Sequence record: NC_071015.1
Reading direction: 5' to 3' (one strand)
Length of the DNA stretch: 64,000 nucleotides
Shown piece after piece: positions 48,017 through 57,713 of the stretch; the first letter of the stretch is position 1; each line of letters starts with the position of its first letter. The translations under genes were made by a program, and so were the position numbers. The notes below the pieces were generated by a model. The model had not been told where the DNA came from, ran no database searches, and saw only the letters and a program-made list of their open reading frames with translations.

Positions 48017-49054
48017 ATGGAACAGAGTTTTGCACAATTAGCGGGTTGTGAACATGAAGTAGAAATGCTCACTGGGTTTGATGAATTGGCGGAATGCGTT
48101 GAGAACGGACTCGAACTGACACCAAGCGCGAAATACACCGACAGTGTTCTGAAACTGCACGCTGCAGATGAAGGTATGAGCGTGGCGGGGCAAGAAGGCT
48201 TCCTGGATTCAATTAAGCGCGGTGCTATCAAAGTTTATGAATGGATTAAGGCTTTGATCAAAGCTATTAAAGAGTGGCTCTTTGGTCCTAAAAAGAAAGA
48301 ATATGACGAAGCTAAGAAAGTCATTGAGAAGGATGGTGATCTGGTAGAAGAGGTCAGAAAACTGGGCGGTAAAGGTATTGATGGAGTTATTCATCAAGAC
48401 AAGGTTAAGCTTCTCACTAAACAACTTCCATCCGACGTTAAAGTAGGGATAGATACCGCTATTAAAGAAGAAGCCAGAAACCCAACCTTTTTAGAAACAT
48501 TGAAAAATGTGCGCAGCGATTTAGTAGATCAGCTGACTACTATTTCTCTACGTCAGCTCGACATGATTGGAAACGCAATCACTGAAATCAAACGCCTTGA
48601 TCCCAATGGTGAGTCTCTGAAGAAACTTGAGATCTCTCCTATTTATCGTTCAGCAGATGAGTTACAAGAAAGCATCGATAAAGTACGCACGATCATGGGT
48701 CGGGTAAAGGATGATGGACTTCCTAAGATGATTAAAGAAATCATCGTGATCACGGATAACGTATACATATCCATGATTGAAGGAACATCCGCGCTCAGTA
48801 AACTGAATGAACGAGCCAAAGGTAACGAAGCCGAAGAGCGTGGTTTATCTCGGACAGCCACCGTGCTTAATCACGTGGGAACCATTTCCAACGCACTACG
48901 TAACCTGGTCATCACAATTGACTCTCAGCTTGAGAAAGCCATTTCTGTAGCTAAGAATGATCTTGTTAAGAACGCGATGCGTAATGCCAAAGAAGAAAGT
49001 TGGGCTGCCAGTGTTGACTACATTAATATCATGAACGGCGCTTTAAACCGTTAA
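48017..49054 (+). CDS. phiKZ-type internal head protein paralog
   Basis: AGQE-GFLDSIKRGAIKVYEWIKALIKAIKEWLFG propeptide/helix motif. Confidence 0.65.
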   Translation: MEQSFAQLAGCEHEVEMLTGFDELAECVENGLELTPSAKYTDSVLKLHAADEGMSVAGQEGFLDSIKRGAIKVYEWIKALIKAIKEWLFGPKKKEYDEAKKVIEKDGDLVEEVRKLGGKGIDGVIHQDKVKLLTKQLPSDVKVGIDTAIKEEARNPTFLETLKNVRSDLVDQLTTISLRQLDMIGNAITEIKRLDPNGESLKKLEISPIYRSADELQESIDKVRTIMGRVKDDGLPKMIKEIIVITDNVYISMIEGTSALSKLNERAKGNEAEERGLSRTATVLNHVGTISNALRNLVITIDSQLEKAISVAKNDLVKNAMRNAKEESWAASVDYINIMNGALNR

Positions 49055-49065
49055 CGGATATTTAT

Positions 49066-49095
49066 AACCTACTACTCCCACGGGAGTAGTAGGTT
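49066..49095. terminator. Bidirectional hairpin terminator
   Basis: AACCTACTACTCC-CACG-GGAGTAGTAGGTT followed by AGTTTG. Confidence 0.8.
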
Positions 49096-49102
49096 AGTTT
49101 GC

Positions 49103-50209
49103 TTATTTCATGTGTTTGCGAACTTCGTTCAGAATTTCGCGATGTGCTTTGTTAGTCAGCTGGTTCAGATTTTTAACGATAGTGATATCTGCTTCAATAA
49201 AAATCTTATCGTAATTGGTGCTGATATCCACCAAACTTTTCTGGATGCTCGCTAAGAACTTAAGATCTTTACCATGAGCAGAATCGTCGCTGTTTTTGTA
49301 TTTCTCATTCAGCTTGTTCAGAGTGTCTGCCACATCCAATGATTGTTTCTTCGCCGCACCGCGTGCCTGATTAATAGATTGGAGAGTGACACCCAACTTT
49401 TCGACTTTAAGTTGCCTTAAAGATTTTTCCAGCGCTTGCGAGCCGCTCAATTCTTTTTCAAAATTAACAAAGCCGAATTCAGATCCAATTTTACTTGGCC
49501 GTAACCTCATTAAACGGTCTAGCGCTTCATACTCTTCGCTATTATTATGCAGGTAATGGAAAGCAATATCGCAAACGTCATCGTTAATCTTGTCAACGTT
49601 TACTTTTACAGCTTCTAAGAATTCAGCCGTAGCCGCTTTCTTTTTAGCCTCTTCTTCCAGCCGTTTTTTCTCTTCAGCTTTTGTGCTTTCTTCAAGTTCT
49701 CTGATAAACGCTTTGGCAGTGTCTTCAAAGGTGATCTGATGGACGTTAGCTTCATCGTTCTTTTGCACAACGATTTCTTGCGTTAGCTTAGGAACTTCTT
49801 TAACCAGTTTAGCAGGTTGTGCGATGTTGTCCGTGATCTCTTTAACCACCAATCTTGGCTCAAGCTTTTTGGCAAGCTCGATTGCATCACTTGCAGCAGC
49901 GTCAGCACCTTTAGACGGTTTCCCAGTAAAGAAGTTTTTAATGGAGATGATCAGGGCTTTAATCCATTCATAGATTTTGTTACCCGCAGCTTTAATGTGA
50001 TCCAAGAAACTTTCCTGGCCCGCATAACTGCCCAGATCAATGTTGTAAAGATTCATGACACCATTAGTGTACGCACCTTCTTCATTAATCCAGTATTTAT
50101 CCCCACCCGCTTCTCTCAGGTTTTCCATTCCTGCCAGAATGTTTAACACGTGATTTACTTCACCACGTAACGCTTCAAATCCCTCTACTTCAAAATTAAC
50201 ACGTTCCAT
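49103..50209 (-). CDS. phiKZ-type internal head protein paralog
   Basis: Start moved to MERVNF; AGQE-SFLDHIKAAGNKIYEWIKALIISIKNFFTG. Confidence 0.65.
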   Translation of the reverse strand: MERVNFEVEGFEALRGEVNHVLNILAGMENLREAGGDKYWINEEGAYTNGVMNLYNIDLGSYAGQESFLDHIKAAGNKIYEWIKALIISIKNFFTGKPSKGADAAASDAIELAKKLEPRLVVKEITDNIAQPAKLVKEVPKLTQEIVVQKNDEANVHQITFEDTAKAFIRELEESTKAEEKKRLEEEAKKKAATAEFLEAVKVNVDKINDDVCDIAFHYLHNNSEEYEALDRLMRLRPSKIGSEFGFVNFEKELSGSQALEKSLRQLKVEKLGVTLQSINQARGAAKKQSLDVADTLNKLNEKYKNSDDSAHGKDLKFLASIQKSLVDISTNYDKIFIEADITIVKNLNQLTNKAHREILNEVRKHMK

Positions 50210-50283
50210 TTCACACCCCAAAGATAAACAAATATCATGACAAATGATACCGTGCCATCTCTGGCACGATACCAATTTGTTTA

Positions 50284-51705
50284 TTATTTACCCAACTCTT
50301 TCAAGTTGTAAACGCGCAGATTAGCAATGCTGTTGGAATGTATGTAGTCAAAGTCAGGAGTGCTGACAATGGTACAATAACTCACACCGGCTTCGTCATT
50401 AAAGTCCAAAGCCAAATACACTTTAATGTCTTCAACCTTTGACGTAATCAAGCTGTTCAATGCATTACGTTCTGGTGTGTCGTATTTGATTGCCAGGTTA
50501 ATGGTAACCGGTTTAACACAACCAGGAGCGTTAATGGTGATTGGAACCTTTAACGTGTTGTTGGTGAAGTCCGGATGGATTTTCCACTTACCCTTCGGAT
50601 CTTTCACAAAGAACGTGTCAGTGATATCCACAAACTTATTCTTCTGGTACTCGCCATTTGCATCGCGTTTACGGAAGAAGGTGTAGATAAGGTTCAGCTT
50701 GTGATGGAAGTCCCGGATGCGATAACTTAATCCCGGCGGATCAATATACTCGACCAGCACGGCATCCTCGGTGTTTCCCACTGTCATCGGGGCAATCAAC
50801 TCTTTCTTTCCAAAGGTTCCCGGAATCGTATCAATGATTCGAGCAATCTCTTTGGATTTGATAAAGTTAAGGTTACCCGCACTCATGATGTTGTATGGAT
50901 TGGCTTTGTTCTTTTGACAGAACGTGAACAGCTTATCCAGTACCAGAATCGGCTCTTTGGTGTAGAGAGCTGAATAGTAAACATCAGGAGTTGCTTTACC
51001 GTAATAGTTTTTATCCGGGTCAACGCGCCCGAACGTATACTTACGATAACCCAGTTCATCAACATCGAAGAAGTCTGACGTATCTCCGGTATTGAAGTAC
51101 CATCGTGTCGCACTCACTAACTTATTGAACTCAATCTCTGGATCTTTATAAGCTTTCAGATCCAGCTTGTCCAACACTACAATAGGTGAAGCCGGGAGCT
51201 CACACAACGCCGTGGCAATTTCCAGTTGTTTGTGTGCAACCTTTGGACCTTCTCCGCCCTTGGCATAATACTCGATATCAAGAACGATATCTTTTTTATG
51301 TGTTTCATAAAGAGCGTTGATACGGCCAAAAAGTTCTGCATTAAAGCTCTCTGGAGCGCGGCCAGCCGAGAGCATTTTGTGCCCTTTGGTACTGTTCGTA
51401 ATTACCAGAAGCTTATCGCCGTCCTTCTTAGTCTTGAGCCATTCAGTAATGATTAGCTCCAGATGAAGAAGAAATGCCTCGGTTTCATTCGCCTGATTTA
51501 AAACGCGCCCATTATAAATATCGACTTGATCCACTGCGATACTTTGATAGTTCCCGTTCACGAAATATCCGTAAACGGATGGCGCATCCTTCTTCAGCAT
51601 GCGTTTACTCTCATTGGCAGGATCGTAAGAATATCCATGTCCTCCGGATAGTCCGACATTCTTGTCTTTGAGAAATGAACTTACGATGTAATAGACGATG
51701 TTCAT
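50284..51705 (-). CDS. RNase H-like protein (phiKZ gp155-like) with degenerate active site
   Basis: GGHGYSY, ANETEAF, LLVITNS, GGEGPKVAH follow the RNase HI layout; long C-terminal domain with WYFNT and YYGK. Confidence 0.6.
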   Translation of the reverse strand: MNIVYYIVSSFLKDKNVGLSGGHGYSYDPANESKRMLKKDAPSVYGYFVNGNYQSIAVDQVDIYNGRVLNQANETEAFLLHLELIITEWLKTKKDGDKLLVITNSTKGHKMLSAGRAPESFNAELFGRINALYETHKKDIVLDIEYYAKGGEGPKVAHKQLEIATALCELPASPIVVLDKLDLKAYKDPEIEFNKLVSATRWYFNTGDTSDFFDVDELGYRKYTFGRVDPDKNYYGKATPDVYYSALYTKEPILVLDKLFTFCQKNKANPYNIMSAGNLNFIKSKEIARIIDTIPGTFGKKELIAPMTVGNTEDAVLVEYIDPPGLSYRIRDFHHKLNLIYTFFRKRDANGEYQKNKFVDITDTFFVKDPKGKWKIHPDFTNNTLKVPITINAPGCVKPVTINLAIKYDTPERNALNSLITSKVEDIKVYLALDFNDEAGVSYCTIVSTPDFDYIHSNSIANLRVYNLKELGK

Positions 51706-51762
51706 TATTATTTATACCTGACGTTTTGTTATTTAACAACTAATGGACGTCCTTGTCTTATT

Positions 51763-52182
51763 TTATTTCTTCTTGTTGCTCATCAGTTCAAGCTGAAGTT
51801 TGAGCCGTCTGTTTTCCTGCTCTACTTCATCCTTGCTTTTGAGGATAACGAGAATGTCGGCACGCATATCTTTGTTCTCATTAGAGAGTCGCATGATAGT
51901 CGTGTACTGTTCGCCGTTAATGCGAAACAGTTGGTTCATATTCTCTTGCTGTGTTCCCATGAAGGTATCGATCTTTTCAACAGACTTTTCCAGATCGGCC
52001 ATGTACCAGCCGGTTACTAAATATTTGGAGGTCATCGTTGCTGCTAAGATCATCGCCATCAGGCTAAACAATAAAGTTTTCCTGAGCAGGTGCTCAATTC
52101 TTTCTTCATTGGTGTCGCCTTTGGATACGCGGATCAGGTAACTAATTAGCCTGTTTGTTAGTTCCCTAAGAAAAATATTCAT
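51763..52182 (-). CDS. Bitopic membrane protein with C-terminal coiled coil
   Basis: One TM (TLLFSLMAMILAATM) then heptads ending EQENRRLKLQLE. Confidence 0.55.
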   Translation of the reverse strand: MNIFLRELTNRLISYLIRVSKGDTNEERIEHLLRKTLLFSLMAMILAATMTSKYLVTGWYMADLEKSVEKIDTFMGTQQENMNQLFRINGEQYTTIMRLSNENKDMRADILVILKSKDEVEQENRRLKLQLELMSNKKK

Positions 52183-52236
52183 TGCTGTGTACCACCGCTA
52201 TAAGTTATGATTTATAATAGCTAAAAGGTTTCAAAT

Positions 52237-53565
52237 ATGTCAACAAACTTATATAGTTGCTTTGGCGTTTTTCATGATCTTATTATCAATGGTTCAACTT
52301 CTGCAATTGGCGAGCTGACCAATAATACGATTACGTATGCTAAAGAACCCGATCTCTATTTTGGAGATGGTAAGTGTGACTTATGGTCTTTCCGTGGTGT
52401 ATCTCAAACATCAAAATACGAGAAGATCCCTCAAACTCACGCTACCCCTGTTCTTGCCATGTTAAGTTGGTTGTACACTCAGGCTGTACAAAATAAAACA
52501 ACCAACTCGTCACAATCCTGTCTGCAGCTGCTGAAAGCAAGTTACACAACCGGATGGACCTGGAAGGACGTTAGCACCATGGTAACCAATAACAGTATCT
52601 GGTTACCGTCTAGCATTAATTTCACTTATACCGCCAGTGGTGTAACACACGAATTCAAGATCTGGTTTGCTAACGAGTATTTTGAAGTAGAATTCCCGTA
52701 TCGCGAAATTTATGTCATCCACCCAATTCCAATTGATGACATTGATTTCTTGGCGGAGAATAACTTTAAACAGGTTAAAGCGCGCTTGCAATCAGAGACT
52801 ACTGCAATGATCGAAGCACGCGTTAAGAAACTGTTGGGAGACAAATATCCCCCATATAGTGCACGCGAAATCTTTACGTTCGATGTGTACGATCGTATCA
52901 ACGTCGGTAACTTTAATCCGGCCGATTGGACGGTTATTTATTATGGTAACCCGAACGATGCAGAAGAAGAGACTTACGAAGCAATTAAAGCCTGCATCCT
53001 GAGTCACTCCGATCACACCGAAGACGAGTGGGCTGACATCATCCCCGATCTGTTTAACCCGCTAGAGTTTTCTTGCGTTCCTTATTGGAATGAAATCGGT
53101 ATTGAGAACGAAAGTGTTACCGGTTCTACGTACAGTCCGATCTTCACATATAAAGGTGGAGATACACTGCCGAAGACATACGGGCTGCTTTGGGAAGGTG
53201 ACGACGTCATAAAATCACTGCAAATCGTTCCGGACCTCTACAAGTCAATTAAACTGGGCTTTGTGGGGAAACCGAAAAATCACAATAACCGGATCCATAT
53301 CACGGATATCTTCCCGGATTACCAGTTGATTCCTGCTGCCGATTCTCAGGCAGGGATGATGTCTAAACTGACCAGTGAGTTCATTAAAGACATCGAAGGG
53401 ATGATTGCTGCTGGGGAAACGGTAACACCAGACGGGATGCCACCGAAAGGCATTCAACGTGTGATCAAAAACGGTAAACTTTATATTACGCGCCGTACAG
53501 CGAAAGTGAAGATTACCATGATCTCTCGTTACCAGTTCGTCAAAGATGGAGTCATTGTTGAATGA
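52237..53565 (+). CDS. Putative virion structural protein
   Basis: 442 aa; GTTATG at 52204; FKIWFANEYF and PDLF segments. Confidence 0.6.
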   Translation: MSTNLYSCFGVFHDLIINGSTSAIGELTNNTITYAKEPDLYFGDGKCDLWSFRGVSQTSKYEKIPQTHATPVLAMLSWLYTQAVQNKTTNSSQSCLQLLKASYTTGWTWKDVSTMVTNNSIWLPSSINFTYTASGVTHEFKIWFANEYFEVEFPYREIYVIHPIPIDDIDFLAENNFKQVKARLQSETTAMIEARVKKLLGDKYPPYSAREIFTFDVYDRINVGNFNPADWTVIYYGNPNDAEEETYEAIKACILSHSDHTEDEWADIIPDLFNPLEFSCVPYWNEIGIENESVTGSTYSPIFTYKGGDTLPKTYGLLWEGDDVIKSLQIVPDLYKSIKLGFVGKPKNHNNRIHITDIFPDYQLIPAADSQAGMMSKLTSEFIKDIEGMIAAGETVTPDGMPPKGIQRVIKNGKLYITRRTAKVKITMISRYQFVKDGVIVE

Positions 53566-54191
53566 GTGAAAACATCATCCCAGCAGTATGGGCAGCGGGG
53601 AAGTTTGAAGCAGAAGCGCCGTTTAACCAGATTGTAAAGGCTGATGCGTATTACACTGTTGAGGCGGTACGTACCGTCAGTGAGATGTTGGCACTGAAGG
53701 TTGACTTGTATAAGTTGGTATTTCAACCGGCTGGGGTAGCACAAGAGAATTATCAGGATTTGCTTGATAATGCCAAATCGTTAAATGCAGTGGTCATTAC
53801 TTTAACCAGTAAAAATGCTGCGCCGGTTTATGTGTTGTCCAATTACCTTAAATCGTTTCCATTAGTCGATGGGGTAATTTACGAACGAGTTTGTATCATT
53901 GCCGATTTGGGTGCTTGCCCCCCTACGCTGAAAGACCGTATTAACTCGGCGACCGATCACTTCAAGAATTACCTTAAAGATTCTGTTGGGATTGCCAATG
54001 CCCGTGTTACTATCGGTACCGTTCCACAACGTGCTTACGTTTCTAAAGAACAAGCACAGATCTGGGAAAACAGCCGACAGCTTGCCATTACGTCTGAACC
54101 ATCAGATTTACTCAATCTGGAAACAGCTAACAAAACGATCATTGCTCAACGAGCATATATCACCCAGCTAGAAAATCAGCTAAAAAAATAA
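53562..54191 (+). CDS. Putative virion structural protein
   Basis: 209 aa; ATGA coupling; C-terminal coiled coil. Confidence 0.55.
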   Translation: MSENIIPAVWAAGKFEAEAPFNQIVKADAYYTVEAVRTVSEMLALKVDLYKLVFQPAGVAQENYQDLLDNAKSLNAVVITLTSKNAAPVYVLSNYLKSFPLVDGVIYERVCIIADLGACPPTLKDRINSATDHFKNYLKDSVGIANARVTIGTVPQRAYVSKEQAQIWENSRQLAITSEPSDLLNLETANKTIIAQRAYITQLENQLKK

Positions 54192-54203
54192 ATAAGTCAT
54201 ACT

Positions 54204-54232
54204 CCTCTACTCTCCCGATGGGAGAGTAGAGG
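54204..54232. terminator. Bidirectional hairpin terminator
   Basis: CCTCTACTCTCCC-GAT-GGGAGAGTAGAGG; A-tract upstream, TTATGTTTG downstream. Confidence 0.8.
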
Positions 54233-54241
54233 TTATGTTTG

Positions 54242-54883
54242 TTAATGCAATTTTGGCGAGACCATCGCAAGCGTAATTTGTTCTAACACAAGGTTAGACT
54301 TTACCTTTATCCGGTCTTTATACAAATCCCAGCTTCCCAGTTCGTTGGTTTGAATGAGGTAGTTATTGCACAGGGTGTAAATTTCTCCCATTGCAAAACT
54401 GATTCGATCCAACACTTTAAGGATAGCACGGCGGGCTTTACTTCCTTTTGATAACAAGAAGGTAAAGTGACGTGCCATGATCCCTTTCTTAAGGTGGGCC
54501 AGGAAATGGTCAAAATGACTTTCATTAGGATCTTCAATGCTCAGTTCTTTCCACTGGATGTGGAGCGTGAAGCAATTCTTGCGAAACTGATCAGGTGACC
54601 AATACTCAAGATATACCCCACGGTTATCGGCAAACATAAAGATTACCGATGATTTAACAATAGAAACACACAACTTCTTTAATCCCTGGGGGTCGATACA
54701 TAATGTCCCTGGAATCTTTGTTTCGATTAACGCAACGTCCATTGCATTAGCTGACTCAGTGGAATTGAAGAGACTATAAAAGCCATCTACATTCACGTCC
54801 AATTTTCTAACGTTGTTTGTTAGAACTAGAGAGGGAGCTTCATGTACTTCCCGCCCTATTAACGTACCGACATAATCGTACAT
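54242..54883 (-). CDS. Hypothetical protein
   Basis: 213 aa; SD AAGGA. Confidence 0.55.
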   Translation of the reverse strand: MYDYVGTLIGREVHEAPSLVLTNNVRKLDVNVDGFYSLFNSTESANAMDVALIETKIPGTLCIDPQGLKKLCVSIVKSSVIFMFADNRGVYLEYWSPDQFRKNCFTLHIQWKELSIEDPNESHFDHFLAHLKKGIMARHFTFLLSKGSKARRAILKVLDRISFAMGEIYTLCNNYLIQTNELGSWDLYKDRIKVKSNLVLEQITLAMVSPKLH

Positions 54884-54897
54884 TACCCTGTTCCTTA

Positions 54898-55695
54898 TTA
54901 AAAGAGATTACGACGAGCTTTTGGTCCAGCATAAGGACTGTTTTGTCTTTTACTCGCAGCACGAATGGTAGCTAACCGATTATGGATTTGTTCAGGAGAT
55001 TGAGATCCGAACAAAACGTCAATCGGGGCTTTAGAGGGTTCTTCTTTAGAGACTACCGCAACCTTCTCTTTCTTTTTCTTAGCACGAACACTGGCTTCTT
55101 CTTTTGCAGTGTGGCGTGCAATATGATCAAGTTGTTGCTTGCGGACCACTTCGTCGTAAACGATGGCATTGAGTTGGAAGTTAAACACAATGACTTCATC
55201 CGCGGTACGATCCAGATTAAAGTGCATCGAGAGATTACCATACTTGGTTCCCAACGCCGCTTCCATGAGATCATGTTCATTGAAGTAGTTTCGATCATTG
55301 GCAGGAATGTCGGCGTAGTAATCGTTCTTGATCAACCGGATACGTTCAAGATCAATAAGGTCTGTGATGTCGGCAGTTTTGTTAAAACTCGATTCACGGT
55401 TCTTACGATGACCTTCCGGATAGAACCCGCTAACGTACAGAAGGATAGGAGCACTGTCCAGGAACTTAGACTCCCCATTCCAACCACGTCCTACCCGCCA
55501 ACTGGTGGCGATACGGAATTGAAAGAACTCTTTAGGATCGTACTCGTAATCCTTTCCATCGGTCATGGCGATGAAGAGATTAGTTTTGTAACGGTTCAGA
55601 ACCTGGTTCAGTTCGTAGACATACTGAATCGGATCTTCAAATTTTTTGCAGTCGCCCAGAGATATTTTTAAGGCGGAGATGATTTGGTTAATCAT
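54898..55695 (-). CDS. Hypothetical protein
   Basis: Start moved to MINQII (TAATG overlap); basic tail. Confidence 0.55.
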   Translation of the reverse strand: MINQIISALKISLGDCKKFEDPIQYVYELNQVLNRYKTNLFIAMTDGKDYEYDPKEFFQFRIATSWRVGRGWNGESKFLDSAPILLYVSGFYPEGHRKNRESSFNKTADITDLIDLERIRLIKNDYYADIPANDRNYFNEHDLMEAALGTKYGNLSMHFNLDRTADEVIVFNFQLNAIVYDEVVRKQQLDHIARHTAKEEASVRAKKKKEKVAVVSKEEPSKAPIDVLFGSQSPEQIHNRLATIRAASKRQNSPYAGPKARRNLF

Positions 55696-56198
55696 TATAA
55701 ACAATCCTTGATTGCACGAGAAAAAGATGCATAACCCAAACGGGTTGCGCAATTACCATTTGGTCTAAATACTGACAGCAGGTTGTTGTAAAGATGGAAA
55801 TTTAAATTACCTTTCTCTCGCTCAATCACCCCCTGAACAATAGTAGGAAGATGAGAACGGATGATGGTAATCGCAATGTTCCTGTCACGGTTCGCCAAAC
55901 GGTTGTTATCAAACGACAACAGTTTAGCAAAGATCAGCTGAACGACTTCCCAAATAGAAATGTTAGCTGGGATATCATGGAATTTCATTACCCGTGGTTT
56001 TTGACGACCGCCTTGCTTGAAGATCACCAACTGCACGTGAGTTTGGGAACCTTCTCGGACTACATACACTCCTTCTTCTAAAGGGATAACAGTATATGAA
56101 CCTTCTTCGCCCTCAATGAGAGCACAGTCCCACGGTTCACAAACACCGGCTTCATTAGCATCGACAATATTGCCGTTACGAAAAAGAAAGACGCTCAT
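55695..56198 (-). CDS. Hypothetical protein
   Basis: 167 aa; ATGA overlap. Confidence 0.55.
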   Translation of the reverse strand: MSVFLFRNGNIVDANEAGVCEPWDCALIEGEEGSYTVIPLEEGVYVVREGSQTHVQLVIFKQGGRQKPRVMKFHDIPANISIWEVVQLIFAKLLSFDNNRLANRDRNIAITIIRSHLPTIVQGVIEREKGNLNFHLYNNLLSVFRPNGNCATRLGYASFSRAIKDCL

Positions 56199-56701
56199 AC
56201 GCTCACCACCAGAGTCACTTGACGGATGTTGCCTTTGCTTACCTGCGGAGTGATCGCAAACGTGGCAAAGACTTTGCGGTTTTCCAGCTCAGTTTTGATT
56301 ACGTGTTTGATCTTCTCAATAATGTCCGCATCGGTTAACGGTTCGGCGTCTTCGAACATCAATGTCATGTCAGTATAGGAAATGGCTTCTTGAACTGCTT
56401 CGAAGATTACTTCGTTTAACGGAGCGAAATTATAGTTCTTCCCTTCTTCGAGAACTGTCACCACATTGTTCACTGGGACAGGACGATCATCCACTTTCTT
56501 GTTGATCTTTAAATCCACTTGCCCGGCAACGCTAAATGCCTGTTCGTGGTTTCCTACCACTAACGTGTGAGTCAGGTATACCGTAATTGCGTGGTTTTTA
56601 TCCACGGTCTTTTCCCACTCAGCCTTATGATCTTGTAAAGCCTGAGGAAGTTTGCGGGTATAACCAACATGGCTATTTGTCTCTAGCAGTAACTTGAACA
56701 T
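56195..56701 (-). CDS. Hypothetical protein
   Basis: Start moved to MFKLL (SD AAGGAG). Confidence 0.55.
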   Translation of the reverse strand: MFKLLLETNSHVGYTRKLPQALQDHKAEWEKTVDKNHAITVYLTHTLVVGNHEQAFSVAGQVDLKINKKVDDRPVPVNNVVTVLEEGKNYNFAPLNEVIFEAVQEAISYTDMTLMFEDAEPLTDADIIEKIKHVIKTELENRKVFATFAITPQVSKGNIRQVTLVVSV

Positions 56702-56770
56702 TTGTCTCTCCTTGATGAATAAATAAAGTGTGTACAAAGTAATTATGTCAGCCTAAAAAAATATACAAAT

Positions 56771-56800
56771 ATCTAAGGCAGGGTCTCCCCCACCTTAGAT
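56771..56800 (-). terminator. Hairpin terminator
   Basis: ATCTAAGG...CCTTAGAT; displaced U-tract at 56755-56761 on minus strand. Confidence 0.55.
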
Positions 56801-56808
56801 AAATGAAA

Positions 56809-57585
56809 TTATTTCTTCTTAGAAGTTTGAGTAGTCACTTTTACCGGAGCTTCCGGCGCAGTGTTCTCTTCGGTCACTTCTTCTTCAGGCTTCTGTGCAG
56901 TCAGTGCACCGGTAGAGTCGTAGCTGGAAGCAACTTTCGGAGAAGCGGTGTTCTCGTATGGCTGATCGTTTACTACGTTCTCACCCGCTTCAGCGCGAGC
57001 ACGGATCTGTTCCAGCGGGCTGTCGGTTTTCGCGATCTGCTGACGTTGGATGTAAGACAGCAGAATACGACCAGCAACAACAGAGTGATCGATGTCAACG
57101 TGCCCATCCGCTTTCAGCTCTTCGTTGCGGGCGTCATACACGGTGGTTTTGAACGCATCAACCGGAATTTCAAAACCGGTGAGTTTCAGTGCTTCAAAGA
57201 TATTGGAATCTTTTTCAACAACCAGGTGGATGTTGTCGCTACCTTCAACGAAGTACACACCAGCTACACTGATCAGATCCAGAGAAGACTTCTGTGCCAT
57301 CCCCTGAATTACCGCAGCAGTCAGGGCTTTGATGGTGCCGGTGTTGTAAGTCAGCTTGGTGATCTGGAAGCCGCGAGATTTGCAGGTCATGGTGGTTTGC
57401 CATTTACCGCCAGTCAACGCAGAGTTAAACGGTTTGGTAAAGGTAACTTCCGATTCGGAAAGACCTTTGTAATACTTTTCTTGTTTGGCGATCAGTTCGG
57501 CATCACCGCTCGCATACGCAGCCTGAAGTTTAGACTTTGCTACCAGGTCTACCAGGTATTGCATAATGGTTGGAGTTTTGGTCAT
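56809..57585 (-). CDS. Hypothetical protein, probably highly expressed
   Basis: Start MTKTP (57600 also possible); extreme codon bias; A/E/T/P-rich tail. Confidence 0.6.
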   Translation of the reverse strand: MTKTPTIMQYLVDLVAKSKLQAAYASGDAELIAKQEKYYKGLSESEVTFTKPFNSALTGGKWQTTMTCKSRGFQITKLTYNTGTIKALTAAVIQGMAQKSSLDLISVAGVYFVEGSDNIHLVVEKDSNIFEALKLTGFEIPVDAFKTTVYDARNEELKADGHVDIDHSVVAGRILLSYIQRQQIAKTDSPLEQIRARAEAGENVVNDQPYENTASPKVASSYDSTGALTAQKPEEEVTEENTAPEAPVKVTTQTSKKK

Positions 57586-57613
57586 TTTATATTCCATCAA
57601 ATAACAAATGAAT

Positions 57614-57654
57614 GGTTCTCTTACTCAGTAAGAGTAACCCGAAGTACCTTCATA
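57614..57654 (-). promoter_or_regulatory. TATG element followed by 5'-UTR stem-loop
   Basis: Minus strand CCTATG (57651-57656), then GGTT-A-CTCTTAC-TGA-GTAAGAG-AACC. Confidence 0.35.
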
Positions 57655-57687
57655 GGATAAAACAAAAAAAATAAACAAAATAATAAC

Positions 57688-57707
57688 GGCTACCCCGAAG
57701 GGCAGCC
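57688..57707 (-). terminator. Hairpin terminator
   Basis: GGCTACCC-CGAA-GGGCAGCC; long U-rich tract on minus strand. Confidence 0.7.
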
Positions 57708-57713
57708 ATTATG

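Noticed and set aside
51763-52182. Embedded outer-spanin lipoprotein
   Set aside because: No alternative-frame minus-strand ORF of 60 aa or more appears in the track here, and I saw no lipobox; a shorter one is not excluded.
56803-57660. Long antisense ORFs (also 1410..2432, 3683..4309, 45181..45819, 54982..55671 and many shorter ones)
   Set aside because: They shadow the real genes and lack SDs; biased codon use on the coding strand suppresses antisense stops; the translations look unnatural.
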